Translations under genes and position numbers: made by a program | Notes under the pieces: model-generated | The model's database searches: none | Told to the model about the DNA's origin: nothing | The model's input: the letters and a program-made list of their open reading frames with translations, nothing else | Assembly (NCBI GenBank): GCA_965660855.1 | Contig: CBFIBM010000001.1 | Coordinates: 96,001 to 160,000 of the forward strand | Source of the DNA: an uncultured bacterium | GTDB lineage: Bacteria > Fidelibacterota > Marinisomatia > Marinisomatales > UBA1611 | DNA: 64,000 nucleotides | Reading direction: 5' to 3' | Shown here: in pieces, positions 1-9,425 of the stretch | Position numbering within the stretch: the stretch's first letter is position 1 | Layout of the letters: each line of letters opens with the position of its first letter

Positions 1-81
1 GTTACACATAATAATATTTCAATACTTTTAATTAAGATATAATTTTCTGTAATTTAATATGCTATTTATAAGAGGAAAAAA

Positions 82-816
82 ATGAAAAATAAATTTGTTC
101 CAATATTAATCTGTTTAGTATTTCTAGTAAGCTGCACAAAAACACCAAGTGAGTTGTTTGAATCATCTAATACAAACCTAGAAAATGATAATATTGAGCT
201 AGCAATCGAAAGTCTAGATAAATTAGTGAACAATTATCCTAATGATAGTCTTGCTTCAAAAGCACAATATAAACTGGCTTCAATATATCTTAATTGGAAA
301 AATGATTTAAATAATGGTTTACTCCATTTGGAAAATACAGCAAAAAATTATGGTGACTCAAAACAAGGACTACAGGCACAAGATGAAATAAGTAACTTTC
401 CAGCTTTTATTATAAATAAAACCGAATCACTACGAAAAAGAAAAATGCTTAAAGAATCAGTGGATCACTTAATGTTTATGATTAAAGAGTATTCATCAAA
501 TGACTTGACACCAAAAGCTCAGTATATGCTTGGTGATATATATATGAACGACTTTAGGGATTTTACTACTGCAATACAAGAATATAGGAAAGTCATAAAA
601 AATTATGGGGGCTCGCCTCAAGAGCCACATGCTTTATTTATGATAGGTTATATATATGCAAATATAATTAATGATAATAAAAGTGCAGAAATTGAATATA
701 AATCATTTTTAAATCAGTTTCCTGATCATGAATTGTATCCATCTGTTAAATTTGAATTAGATTTCTTAGGAAAGAGTATTGAAGAAATACCTGCATTAAA
801 ACATATAACGAGTTAG
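82..816 (+). CDS. TPR-repeat lipoprotein (BamD/CpoB-like)
   Basis: Lipobox LVSC, followed by repeated TPR helices with YP.S/AQY.L patterns. Confidence 0.75.
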   Translation: MKNKFVPILICLVFLVSCTKTPSELFESSNTNLENDNIELAIESLDKLVNNYPNDSLASKAQYKLASIYLNWKNDLNNGLLHLENTAKNYGDSKQGLQAQDEISNFPAFIINKTESLRKRKMLKESVDHLMFMIKEYSSNDLTPKAQYMLGDIYMNDFRDFTTAIQEYRKVIKNYGGSPQEPHALFMIGYIYANIINDNKSAEIEYKSFLNQFPDHELYPSVKFELDFLGKSIEEIPALKHITS

Positions 817-824
817 AGACTACC

Positions 825-1820
825 ATGACAGATTTTAGTTTAACTCAGATTAATGAAAAAATATCTGAATCTTCTAAATTCATTGATGAATTATTTACTT
901 CAATGAATCAAGTAATTATTGGCCAAGAAAAACTGATTGATAAAATAATTATTTCGATGCTCGCAAATGGACATGTTCTCCTCGAGGGTGTTCCTGGATT
1001 AGCAAAAACAATGATGGTTAAGGAATTGTCTAATTGTATCAATACCAATTTTCAGAGAATTCAATTTACACCTGATATGCTTCCGGCCGATTTATTAGGA
1101 ACATTGATTTACAATCAAAAAACTGGTGAATTTGAAACAAGAAAAGGGCCAATCTTTTCAAATATAATTTTAGCTGATGAAATTAATAGATCTCCTGCAA
1201 AAGTACAAAGTGCACTTTTAGAAGCAATGCAAGAAAGGCAAATCACAATAGGTGAAACTACATACGCTTTAGATTCTCCTTTTTTGGTAATGGCAACACA
1301 AAACCCAGTAGAGCAGGAAGGCACTTATCCTTTACCTGAAGCTCAGGTTGATAGGTTTATGTTTAAATTGCTGGTTGATTATCCAAATTTAGAATCTGAA
1401 AGATTAGTTTTGAGGCAAAACACAAATTCAAAAACCTCAGGCAATAAATCCGCTATCGTAAACCCTGATGAGATTTTAGAAGCCCAGAAAAATATAGAAG
1501 AAATCTATGTTGATGAAAAAGTTGAAGATTATGTGCTAAATTTAATTTTTGCCACTCGAAATCCTGAAAAGTATAACTTAGAAGACCTTACTAGAATAAT
1601 TGATATTGGAGCATCTCCAAGAGCCACAATAAACCTCATAAAAGCCGCAAAAGCTAGAGCATTCGTAAAACATAGAGGTTTTATTACTCCTGAAGATATA
1701 AGGTATATTGGAAGAGATGTACTCAGGCATAGGATTATTTTATCTTATGAAGCAGAAGCTGAAGAATTAACCTCAGAGGATGTAATCCAAAGATTATTTG
1801 AGGTTGTTGAGGTACCCTAG
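825..1820 (+). CDS. moxR: MoxR-family AAA+ ATPase
   Basis: GHVLLEGVPGLAKT, RIQFTPD, DEINR and ATQNP.EQEGTYPLPEAQ.DRF motifs. Confidence 0.95.
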   Translation: MTDFSLTQINEKISESSKFIDELFTSMNQVIIGQEKLIDKIIISMLANGHVLLEGVPGLAKTMMVKELSNCINTNFQRIQFTPDMLPADLLGTLIYNQKTGEFETRKGPIFSNIILADEINRSPAKVQSALLEAMQERQITIGETTYALDSPFLVMATQNPVEQEGTYPLPEAQVDRFMFKLLVDYPNLESERLVLRQNTNSKTSGNKSAIVNPDEILEAQKNIEEIYVDEKVEDYVLNLIFATRNPEKYNLEDLTRIIDIGASPRATINLIKAAKARAFVKHRGFITPEDIRYIGRDVLRHRIILSYEAEAEELTSEDVIQRLFEVVEVP

Positions 1821-1826
1821 CTATAT

Positions 1827-2702
1827 ATGATTCCTAAAGAGATCCTTCAAAAAGTCAAAAGGATTGAATTAAAGACTCGGGGATTAGTAAATGATCTCTT
1901 CGGAGGGGAGTACCATTCTGCATTTAAAGGTCGAGGTATGACTTTTTCTGAAGTTAGAGAATACCAACCAGGAGATGATATAAAACTCATTGATTGGAAT
2001 GTAACTGCTAGATCAAATTCACCATTCATAAAAATTTTTGAGGAAGAAAGAGAATTGACTGTTTATTTGATAGTTGACATATCTGGATCAGGCCAGTTTG
2101 GGTCTAAAAATAAATTAAAACAAGAAATTGGTGCTGAAATCGCAGCAGTATTAGGATTTTCTGCTATTAAAAATAATGATAAAGTCGGACTACTTCTTTT
2201 TTCAGGGGTTATTGAAAAATACTTAGTACCTAAAAAAGGTAAAAGTCATGTTTTTAGATTGATAAAAGATGTTCTTAATTATAGTTCTAAAAATAATAAA
2301 ACATCAATTAAAGTTGCTTTCGATTATTTATTGAAAATAGCCAAAAGGAAAAGCGTTGTATTTTTTATTTCAGATTTTATTGATAAAGGATATTGGGATT
2401 CATTAAAAATTGTCAACCGCAAGCATGATTTGATAGGTATTCATCTTTATGATGAAGCTGAGTATGATCTACCAAATATGGGTCTCGTAAAAGTTATAGA
2501 TCCTGAAAGTCAAGAAACGGCTTGGATTGATACTTCAAATCCTTTTTATCGATCTGATCTAGCTAATAAATCTAAAAAAAATAAAAATGATTTTATAAAA
2601 AAATCAAAAAAGATAGGCCTTGATATGATATCCATATCTACAAATGAAGATTATGTTGACCCATTATTAGCATTATTTAAAAAAAGAGAAAAAAGAATTT
2701 AA
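1827..2702 (+). CDS. DUF58 domain protein (MoxR-associated)
   Basis: G.GMTFSEVREYQPGDD..IDWNVTAR signature, directly after moxR. Confidence 0.92.
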   Translation: MIPKEILQKVKRIELKTRGLVNDLFGGEYHSAFKGRGMTFSEVREYQPGDDIKLIDWNVTARSNSPFIKIFEEERELTVYLIVDISGSGQFGSKNKLKQEIGAEIAAVLGFSAIKNNDKVGLLLFSGVIEKYLVPKKGKSHVFRLIKDVLNYSSKNNKTSIKVAFDYLLKIAKRKSVVFFISDFIDKGYWDSLKIVNRKHDLIGIHLYDEAEYDLPNMGLVKVIDPESQETAWIDTSNPFYRSDLANKSKKNKNDFIKKSKKIGLDMISISTNEDYVDPLLALFKKREKRI

Positions 2703-2705
2703 CTA

Positions 2706-3563
2706 ATGAGATTTATTTCATTTGTAATTTTTTCGTTTGCATTTTCAAATAATTTAATTATAGAATCTAGTATTGACACAAATGTTGCTTATGTTGGAGA
2801 TGTCTTTGTATGGAGTATAAAAGCTAAAGGTGATTCTTTACAGAATATTAATTTCCCAAAATTAGAAATCAAATCAGACTCAATTACCATTAAAGAGCAA
2901 GGTTTTTACAAAAGCAATAATATTATTGATGGTACTTATTTTTATTTAACTGCATGGGAAACAGGAGATTTTTTAACTCCTGATTATTACGTAACAATGG
3001 TTGATAAGGATAGTATTATAAAATCTAGTGTGGAGGCTGATAAATTAAATTTCACTGTGAAATCTATTCTATCTGAAGAAAACTATGATGATTTTAGACC
3101 AATCAAGGGGCCAGTTCCAGTAACAGATTTCATTAGATTAAAGTTAGTATTTTTAAGCTTTATAATTTTAATAATTCTATTTCTGTTTTATAGAATTATT
3201 AAGAAAAGAGAAAAGTATATTTATCAAAAAAGAAATTATGTTAAAAATAAGGATCCAAAAAAAATAGTTTTAGAACGATTAGAAAGTCTAAAAGCTAATA
3301 AACTAGTAAAAGATTTTTATACTGAGTTATCACACATTTCAAGACAGTATGTAGAAGATAAGTATTTTATTAGGACATTAGAAATGACTGCAATTGAAAT
3401 AAAAAAAAACAGAGATCTATTCAATTTTAATGATGAAGATTTTTTATTCTGGGTTAGTTTTTTAGATAAGGCTGATAGGGTAAAATATTCAAAGGAGATA
3501 TTTTCAATAAAAGAAATGGAAAATGATAAAAAAAATATGGCTACTTGGTTAGAGAAAAATTAG
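2706..3563 (+). CDS. BatD-like/MoxR-operon membrane-anchored hypothetical protein
   Basis: Signal peptide, Ig-like N-terminus, one TM helix and a C-terminal FY.ELS...R.Y.E...AD.VKY motif typical of Bat-operon proteins. Confidence 0.6.
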   Translation: MRFISFVIFSFAFSNNLIIESSIDTNVAYVGDVFVWSIKAKGDSLQNINFPKLEIKSDSITIKEQGFYKSNNIIDGTYFYLTAWETGDFLTPDYYVTMVDKDSIIKSSVEADKLNFTVKSILSEENYDDFRPIKGPVPVTDFIRLKLVFLSFIILIILFLFYRIIKKREKYIYQKRNYVKNKDPKKIVLERLESLKANKLVKDFYTELSHISRQYVEDKYFIRTLEMTAIEIKKNRDLFNFNDEDFLFWVSFLDKADRVKYSKEIFSIKEMENDKKNMATWLEKN

Positions 3564-3652
3564 TCATTGAGTTTTTTTGACCAACTAATTTGAACATAAA
3601 TATTGTAGATGTAAATTTTAATGTAAATTAACAAAAAATAATTGGGGCTTTG

Positions 3653-4216
3653 ATGGCCAATACATCTGATATTAGAAATGGAGCAGTAATACTTCATAAA
3701 AACAAACGAATGAAAGTAATTGAATTTCAACATGTTAAGCCTGGGAAAGGTGGTGCCTTTGTGAGAACTAAACTTAAAGATATTCAATCTGGAAAAGTAA
3801 TTGATGAGACATTTAATTCTGGACATAAAATTGAACTTGTAAGAGTTGAGGCAAAAGCAATGCAGTTTTTATATGTTGATGGAGATGCATATGTTTTTAT
3901 GGATAATGAAACATTTGATCAAATAAATGTAGCAAGTATATCCATTGGTGATGGAGTTAACTTCTTAACTGCAGGGCTGAATGTTGATTTATTATTTGAT
4001 GGTGATGAAATTCTTGATGTAAGACTGCCCTCACATGTAATACTTGAGGTAGTTGAAACTGAACCTGGGTTCAAAGGAAACACCGCTACAGGAGCATCTA
4101 AACCTGCTACACTAGAAACCGGTTACACACTCAACGTACCTTTATTTATTGATGAAAATGATAAGCTTCGAGTCGATACGCGTACAGGTGATTATGTTGA
4201 ACGTTCAAAAGATTAA
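3653..4216 (+). CDS. efp: Elongation factor P
   Basis: HVKPGKGGAFVRTKL and VPLFI..VDTRTG motifs; ATG at 3653 (alternative TTG at 3650). Confidence 0.97.
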   Translation: MANTSDIRNGAVILHKNKRMKVIEFQHVKPGKGGAFVRTKLKDIQSGKVIDETFNSGHKIELVRVEAKAMQFLYVDGDAYVFMDNETFDQINVASISIGDGVNFLTAGLNVDLLFDGDEILDVRLPSHVILEVVETEPGFKGNTATGASKPATLETGYTLNVPLFIDENDKLRVDTRTGDYVERSKD

Positions 4217-4236
4217 AATCATATAGGAGCAAAAAG

Positions 4237-4701
4237 ATGTGGCAAGAAAAATTAAAAGAGATTATTTACATTCTTGAAAATTCGAACGTAAATGAAATTG
4301 AAGTTAGTTTTTGGGGCAAAAAATTTAGAGTGGTTAAATCCGGACATTCTATCATAAATGATACTCCAGAATCAGTCAAAATCCAAAACCCTCATGAAAA
4401 AAATCAGTCTACTAATGAAGAGAAATCCTTTGATGAAGAGATAGCTAAAACGTCAAGTGAAGGGGAAGATCTTTTATCACCAATGCCTGGCACATTTTAT
4501 ACATCTCCAACTCCTGATGATCCACCTTTTACTAAAGTTGGTTCAAAGGTAACAAAAGGTCAAACACTGTGTATTATTGAAGCCATGAAGATAATGAATG
4601 AAATAGAATCAGAAATTAATGGTATCGTAACAGAGGTTTATATAGATGATGGTAACCCTGTTGAATACAATCAACCTTTATTCAAAATTAAATCAGCTTA
4701 A
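4237..4701 (+). CDS. accB: Acetyl-CoA carboxylase biotin carboxyl carrier protein
   Basis: SPMPGTFY motif and EAMKIMNEI biotinylation motif. Confidence 0.95.
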   Translation: MWQEKLKEIIYILENSNVNEIEVSFWGKKFRVVKSGHSIINDTPESVKIQNPHEKNQSTNEEKSFDEEIAKTSSEGEDLLSPMPGTFYTSPTPDDPPFTKVGSKVTKGQTLCIIEAMKIMNEIESEINGIVTEVYIDDGNPVEYNQPLFKIKSA

Positions 4702-4707
4702 GATAAT

Positions 4708-6072
4708 ATGTTTAAAAAAGTACTTATCGCAAATAGGGGAGAGATTGCCTTACGTGTAATTCGTGCGTGCCATGAGCTAAATCTCCAAACTGTTGCAGTT
4801 TATTCTACTGCTGATGAGCTATCTTTACATGTGAAATTTGCAGATGAAGCTGTTTGTATTGGACCACCAATAAGTAAGGATAGTTATTTAAATATTCCAA
4901 GAATTATCGCTGCAGCAGAAATCACAGGAGCTGATGCAATTCATCCTGGATATGGTTTTTTATCAGAATCTGCACAGTTTTCAAAAATTTGTCAAGAAAA
5001 TGGTTTTTCTTTTTTAGGTCCAACACCTGAGATAATTGATTCTATGGGAAATAAAGCTAAAGCAAAACAAACTATGAAAGCCGCGGGAGTTCCTGTTGTC
5101 CCTGGTGGAGATGGTATACTAAATGGCCCTGAAGATGCTTTACAAAAAGCAAATAAAATGGGATACCCCGTTATGTTAAAAGCCTCCGCGGGTGGTGGCG
5201 GAAGGGGGATGAGATTGGTTAAATCTGAAAAAGATGTTGTTTCATCCTATAAGTCAGCTAACCAAGAATCTTTAACTGCATTTGGGAATGGTGATATTTA
5301 TATAGAAAAATTCATTGAAAATCCCAGACATATCGAAGTTCAAATACTAGCAGATTCACATGGGAATTGTATTCATTTAGGTGAGAGGGAATGCTCTATT
5401 CAAAGGAGGCATCAAAAGTTGATTGAGGAGTCACCTTCTCCGCTGGTTGATGAGCTTACACGAGAGAAAATTGGTGAATCAGCTGTGAAAGGTGCAAAAT
5501 CTGTTGGCTATGTTGGCGTTGGTACAATCGAATTTTTAATGGATAAAAATAAAAACTTTTATTTTATGGAGATGAATACAAGAATTCAAGTTGAGCATCC
5601 TGTTACAGAAATGGTTACCGGAGTAGATTTAATAAAGCAGCAAATTAAAATGCATGCTGGCGAAAAATGTCTCATTGATTCAACTAAATTTAGATTGCGG
5701 GGACATTCGATTGAATGTAGAATTAACGCAGAAGATCCTTCTAATAACTTTTTACCCTTTCCTGGCAAAATTACGAGCTTCCATATGCCTGGAGGTAAGG
5801 GTGTTAGAGTAGATTCACATGCCTATGCAGGATATGTCATTCCTACCAATTATGATTCAATGATTGGGAAAATTATTGTTCATGCAAAAAATAGAGAAAG
5901 AGCAATAATTAGAATGCAAAGAGCATTAGAAGAAACAATAATTGATGGACCTAAAACTACTATTCCTTATCAAATGGCAATTATGAAGAATGAAAAATTT
6001 AAATCAGGAAGTTTTGACACTAGCTTTTTAGAAAAATTTGAATATAAAAACGATTCAAATAAAGGGGATTAA
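4708..6072 (+). CDS. accC: Acetyl-CoA carboxylase biotin carboxylase
   Basis: [26 protein letters not shown] and [14 protein letters not shown] motifs. Confidence 0.97.
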   Translation: MFKKVLIANRGEIALRVIRACHELNLQTVAVYSTADELSLHVKFADEAVCIGPPISKDSYLNIPRIIAAAEITGADAIHPGYGFLSESAQFSKICQENGFSFLGPTPEIIDSMGNKAKAKQTMKAAGVPVVPGGDGILNGPEDALQKANKMGYPVMLKASAGGGGRGMRLVKSEKDVVSSYKSANQESLTAFGNGDIYIEKFIENPRHIEVQILADSHGNCIHLGERECSIQRRHQKLIEESPSPLVDELTREKIGESAVKGAKSVGYVGVGTIEFLMDKNKNFYFMEMNTRIQVEHPVTEMVTGVDLIKQQIKMHAGEKCLIDSTKFRLRGHSIECRINAEDPSNNFLPFPGKITSFHMPGGKGVRVDSHAYAGYVIPTNYDSMIGKIIVHAKNRERAIIRMQRALEETIIDGPKTTIPYQMAIMKNEKFKSGSFDTSFLEKFEYKNDSNKGD

Positions 6073-6078
6073 ACTATA

Positions 6079-6456
6079 ATGACTACACCAGAAAATTTAT
6101 TTTACACTAAAGAACATGAATGGGCAGATTTTAAGGGTAAGGAGATTGTTATTGGTATAACTGATTTTGCACAAAGTCAATTGGGTGATGTAATATTTAT
6201 TGAATTCCCAAATGTAGGTGATGAGTTTAACTCTGGTGATGTTTTTGGGGAGATTGAGGCTGTTAAGACAGTATCTGAATTATACATACCATTATCGGGA
6301 ACTATAACTGCAGTTAATGAAGATTTAGAAGAGACTCCCGATAATGTCAATTCAGATCCATATGGTAAAGGTTGGTTGATAAAAGTATCTCCCAAAGATA
6401 TAAATGACAAAAAAGAATTATTAAATTCAGAAGAATATAAAAAAATGATTAGTTAG
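6079..6456 (+). CDS. gcvH: Glycine cleavage system H protein (lipoyl carrier)
   Basis: YTKEHEW, GITDFAQ..LGD, EAVKT lipoyl-lysine and N.DPYG.GW motifs. Confidence 0.95.
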   Translation: MTTPENLFYTKEHEWADFKGKEIVIGITDFAQSQLGDVIFIEFPNVGDEFNSGDVFGEIEAVKTVSELYIPLSGTITAVNEDLEETPDNVNSDPYGKGWLIKVSPKDINDKKELLNSEEYKKMIS

Positions 6457-7200
6457 ATGTCTGTTTTCTCTGATTTAGAAAAAAAAATAAACAACCAAGG
6501 TGCAGCTTATATTGTTTTAATTGACCCAGATAAAAAAAATAAAGATTTAATTAGTGAATTTGTTAATGAAGGTAATAAATCAGATGTAGATGCTTTTTTT
6601 ATTGGCGGAAGTTTGATGATGGATAGTAATAGTATTCACCGAGTAAAGGTAATAAAAGATAATTCTAAAATACCATTGATATTATTTCCGGGTGGAGTTG
6701 GTCAGTTGAATAAACATTTTGATGCAATGCTATTTATGTCAGTGATATCAGGTAGGAACTCTCATTATTTAATTGGCGAACAAGTAATTGCTGCACCTGT
6801 TGTAAAAGATCTTGGCCTTGAAACTATTTCAACTGGATATATTTTAGTAGATGGAGGTGCATGTTCTACTGTTGAGTTTATGAGTGGAACTAGACCAATC
6901 CCGCTTAATAGAGTAGATATCATTATCGCTCACGCTTTAGCAGGACAATATTTGGGCATGGATTGGATTTATTTAGAATCAGGGAGTGGTGCAGAAACAT
7001 CTATTACTGCAGAGGTAGTATCTGCTGTAAGTGATTCCGTTGATATTCCTATAATTGTTGGTGGAGGTATAAAATCTCCTGATAAAGCTTCGGAATTAGT
7101 AAAAGCTGGAGCTTCGATTATTGTCACAGGTACAATTACAGAAGAGAAATCAAAATTGATGTCTGAAATGGCAGACGCAGTTCATTGGAAAAAAACATGA
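6457..7200 (+). CDS. Geranylgeranylglyceryl/heptaprenylglyceryl phosphate synthase (group II, archaeal-like)
   Basis: LIDPDK, FIGGS, ILFPG, SGRN..YLIG.Q, YLESGSGA and VGGGI motifs. Confidence 0.9.
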   Translation: MSVFSDLEKKINNQGAAYIVLIDPDKKNKDLISEFVNEGNKSDVDAFFIGGSLMMDSNSIHRVKVIKDNSKIPLILFPGGVGQLNKHFDAMLFMSVISGRNSHYLIGEQVIAAPVVKDLGLETISTGYILVDGGACSTVEFMSGTRPIPLNRVDIIIAHALAGQYLGMDWIYLESGSGAETSITAEVVSAVSDSVDIPIIVGGGIKSPDKASELVKAGASIIVTGTITEEKSKLMSEMADAVHWKKT

Positions 7201-7769
7201 TTAAAAAAATTGAAAAACAAATTATAGAAAGTATTGAAGTTAAAAAACAAATAATTAAAAGCTGTTTACCTGAAATAAATAATGCTGCAAAATTAATGAT
7301 CACGTCAATAAGGAATGGTGGTAAAATATTATGGTGTGGGAATGGGGGAAGCGCCTCGGATGCTCAGCATTTATCTACCGAATTGATGGGAGGTATGTCA
7401 GATCATGATAGAAAACCAATTCCCTCCATTTCTTTAACAACAGATACCTCATTCCTCACAGCATGGTCAAATGATGCTGATTTTGAGTCTGTCTTCTCTA
7501 GACAAATTCAGGGCTTGGGAAATTCAGGGGATGTTTTAATTGGTATATCGACAAGTGGTAATTCAGAGAATATAATTTCTGCTATCAAACAAGCAAAATA
7601 TAAAGATTTAAAAACAATTGCTTTGACTGGATATAATTCAAATAAATTAAAAAATTTATCTGATCTTACAATTAATGTACCAAGCAAAGATACACAGAGA
7701 ATTCAAGAAAGTCATATTATGATTGGTCAAATATTATGTGATCTATTAGAAGAAAATCTTTTGTCTTAA
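7197..7769 (+). CDS. gmhA: D-sedoheptulose 7-phosphate isomerase
   Basis: CGNGGSA.DAQH, GISTSGNS and RIQE.H motifs; ATG at 7197 overlaps the upstream stop (ATGA). Confidence 0.92.
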   Translation: MIKKIEKQIIESIEVKKQIIKSCLPEINNAAKLMITSIRNGGKILWCGNGGSASDAQHLSTELMGGMSDHDRKPIPSISLTTDTSFLTAWSNDADFESVFSRQIQGLGNSGDVLIGISTSGNSENIISAIKQAKYKDLKTIALTGYNSNKLKNLSDLTINVPSKDTQRIQESHIMIGQILCDLLEENLLS

Positions 7770-7770
7770 T

Positions 7771-8658
7771 TTGAATAGCTTTTTAAAAGAATATTTAATT
7801 ATGCTTAAAGTTGAAAAAAACTTATCTAAAGAAACAATTATTGCATATGAAAGTGATAATATTAAATATTTAGAGTTTTTAAAAAAAACAATGATTACAG
7901 ATTTAAAAGATGTAAAACAAAAAAATATTAGGCAATATATTCATAGCCTTTATGATAAAAATTATTCAACAGCAACTATAGCTAGGACGTTTTCATCAAT
8001 AAGATCTTTTCACCAGTTTTTATTTTCAGAGGATATCTTAGATGAAAACCCAGCATTAACTATTTTGAATCCCAAAGTATCAAAAAAGCTTCCGGAAATT
8101 TTAGAAGAAACTGAAATTTCTTTAATAATTAATTCTGTGCATGAATCTTCTCCATTTTTTTTTAGAGATCAAGCGATAATAGAGACTTTATATTCATGTG
8201 GCCTTAGAGTTTCTGAGCTATGTGAATTAAGTATTTCTAATATATTTTTAGATGATGATCTAATTAGAATTTTTGGTAAAGGGTCGAAAGAAAGATTAAT
8301 ACCGATATCCCAGAGAGCAAAAAATCTCATTAACAAATATATGATACATAATAGACCCAAATTATTAAAAGGAAAGTCAATTGATTATTTATTTCTTAGT
8401 AAAAATGGGAAAATTTTGACTCGATCAATGATCAATAAAATTTTAAAAAAATATGCTGATCTTGCGGGAGTTACAAAAAAAATATCCCCTCATACTTTGA
8501 GACATTCATTTGCAACTCATCTACTAGATGGAGGTGCGGACCTTCGCTTCGTTCAAGCTCTTTTAGGTCATAGCGATATCTCTACAACTCAAATATACAC
8601 ACATCTAGATAAACACCTCTTGAAAGAGGTCTATAAAACCCATCACCCGAGGAGCTAA
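7771..8658 (+). CDS. xerD: Tyrosine recombinase XerD
   Basis: LYSCGLRVSEL, GKGSKER, HTLRHSFATHLL, LGH.DISTTQIYTH and C-terminal HHPRS. Confidence 0.92.
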   Translation: MNSFLKEYLIMLKVEKNLSKETIIAYESDNIKYLEFLKKTMITDLKDVKQKNIRQYIHSLYDKNYSTATIARTFSSIRSFHQFLFSEDILDENPALTILNPKVSKKLPEILEETEISLIINSVHESSPFFFRDQAIIETLYSCGLRVSELCELSISNIFLDDDLIRIFGKGSKERLIPISQRAKNLINKYMIHNRPKLLKGKSIDYLFLSKNGKILTRSMINKILKKYADLAGVTKKISPHTLRHSFATHLLDGGADLRFVQALLGHSDISTTQIYTHLDKHLLKEVYKTHHPRS

Positions 8659-8660
8659 TT

Positions 8661-9296
8661 ATTCTTTTTCGCCTTTCTCCAGAAGCACTAGTATTATTAA
8701 TACCTACTCTAATGTTTGCACTTTCATTCCATGAATACGCTCATGCCTGGATGGCATCTAAGTGCGGAGACCAAACAGCTGCAAGAATGGGACGTTTAAC
8801 GTTGAATCCAACTGCTCATCTTGATCCAATAGGTTCTATAATGATTCTTTTTGTTGGATTTGGATGGGCGAAACCTGTTCCTGTTGATGGTAGAAATTTA
8901 AAAAACCCAAGGATAGATATGATGAAGGTTGCAGCTGCAGGTCCTTTATCAAATTTACTTCTAGCTATGATTTCAGGAATTTTACTCAGATCATTTAATA
9001 ATTTCCAGATTTTAAATGATTCTCTTTTTTTAATACTAATTTATTTTACTCGAATAAATATTTCATTAGCTATTTTTAATCTTATTCCTGTTGCCCCATT
9101 AGATGGATCCCAAATTTTTTCTGGATATCTTATGAAAAAAAATCCTTCACTTGCATGGAAAATTCAATCTTATGGTCCTCAGGTTTTATTTGGTATTATT
9201 CTTTTTAGTTATGTTACTGGATTTTCTATTTTATGGTTAATAATGGAGCCTTTTGTATCTTTTTTTATGTTTTTATTTACAGGTACAGGGTTTTAA
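8661..9296 (+). CDS. Site-2 protease family (M50) membrane metalloprotease
   Basis: HEYAH, GWAKPVPV, AGP.SN and NLIP..PLDG motifs; start probably ATT at 8661 (first ATG at 8712). Confidence 0.9.
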   Translation: MLFRLSPEALVLLIPTLMFALSFHEYAHAWMASKCGDQTAARMGRLTLNPTAHLDPIGSIMILFVGFGWAKPVPVDGRNLKNPRIDMMKVAAAGPLSNLLLAMISGILLRSFNNFQILNDSLFLILIYFTRINISLAIFNLIPVAPLDGSQIFSGYLMKKNPSLAWKIQSYGPQVLFGIILFSYVTGFSILWLIMEPFVSFFMFLFTGTGF

Positions 9297-9297
9297 A

Positions 9298-9423
9298 ATG
9301 ATTAATTTTAAAAGACTATTGAACAGGACTTCTACAGAAAAATGGCGAATATGGCGAATTTTTTTCTTACTTGTTGTCGTTGTTTATGCAATTTTATATT
9401 TTGAAAAAATTAAATTTAATTAA
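9298..9423 (+). CDS. Small single-TM protein (41 aa, MINFKRLLNRTSTEKWRIWRIFFLLVVVVYAILYFEKIKFN)
   Basis: The ORF fills the gap between S2P and ftcD (1 nt and 2 nt spacers); basic N-terminus plus a hydrophobic helix. Confidence 0.55.
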   Translation: MINFKRLLNRTSTEKWRIWRIFFLLVVVVYAILYFEKIKFN

Positions 9424-9425
9424 AT

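Noticed and set aside
7771..8658. Tyrosine recombinase as a prophage or island integrase
   Set aside because: It has XerD-type motifs including C-terminal HHPRS, sits within a housekeeping operon, and has no phage genes or att sites nearby.
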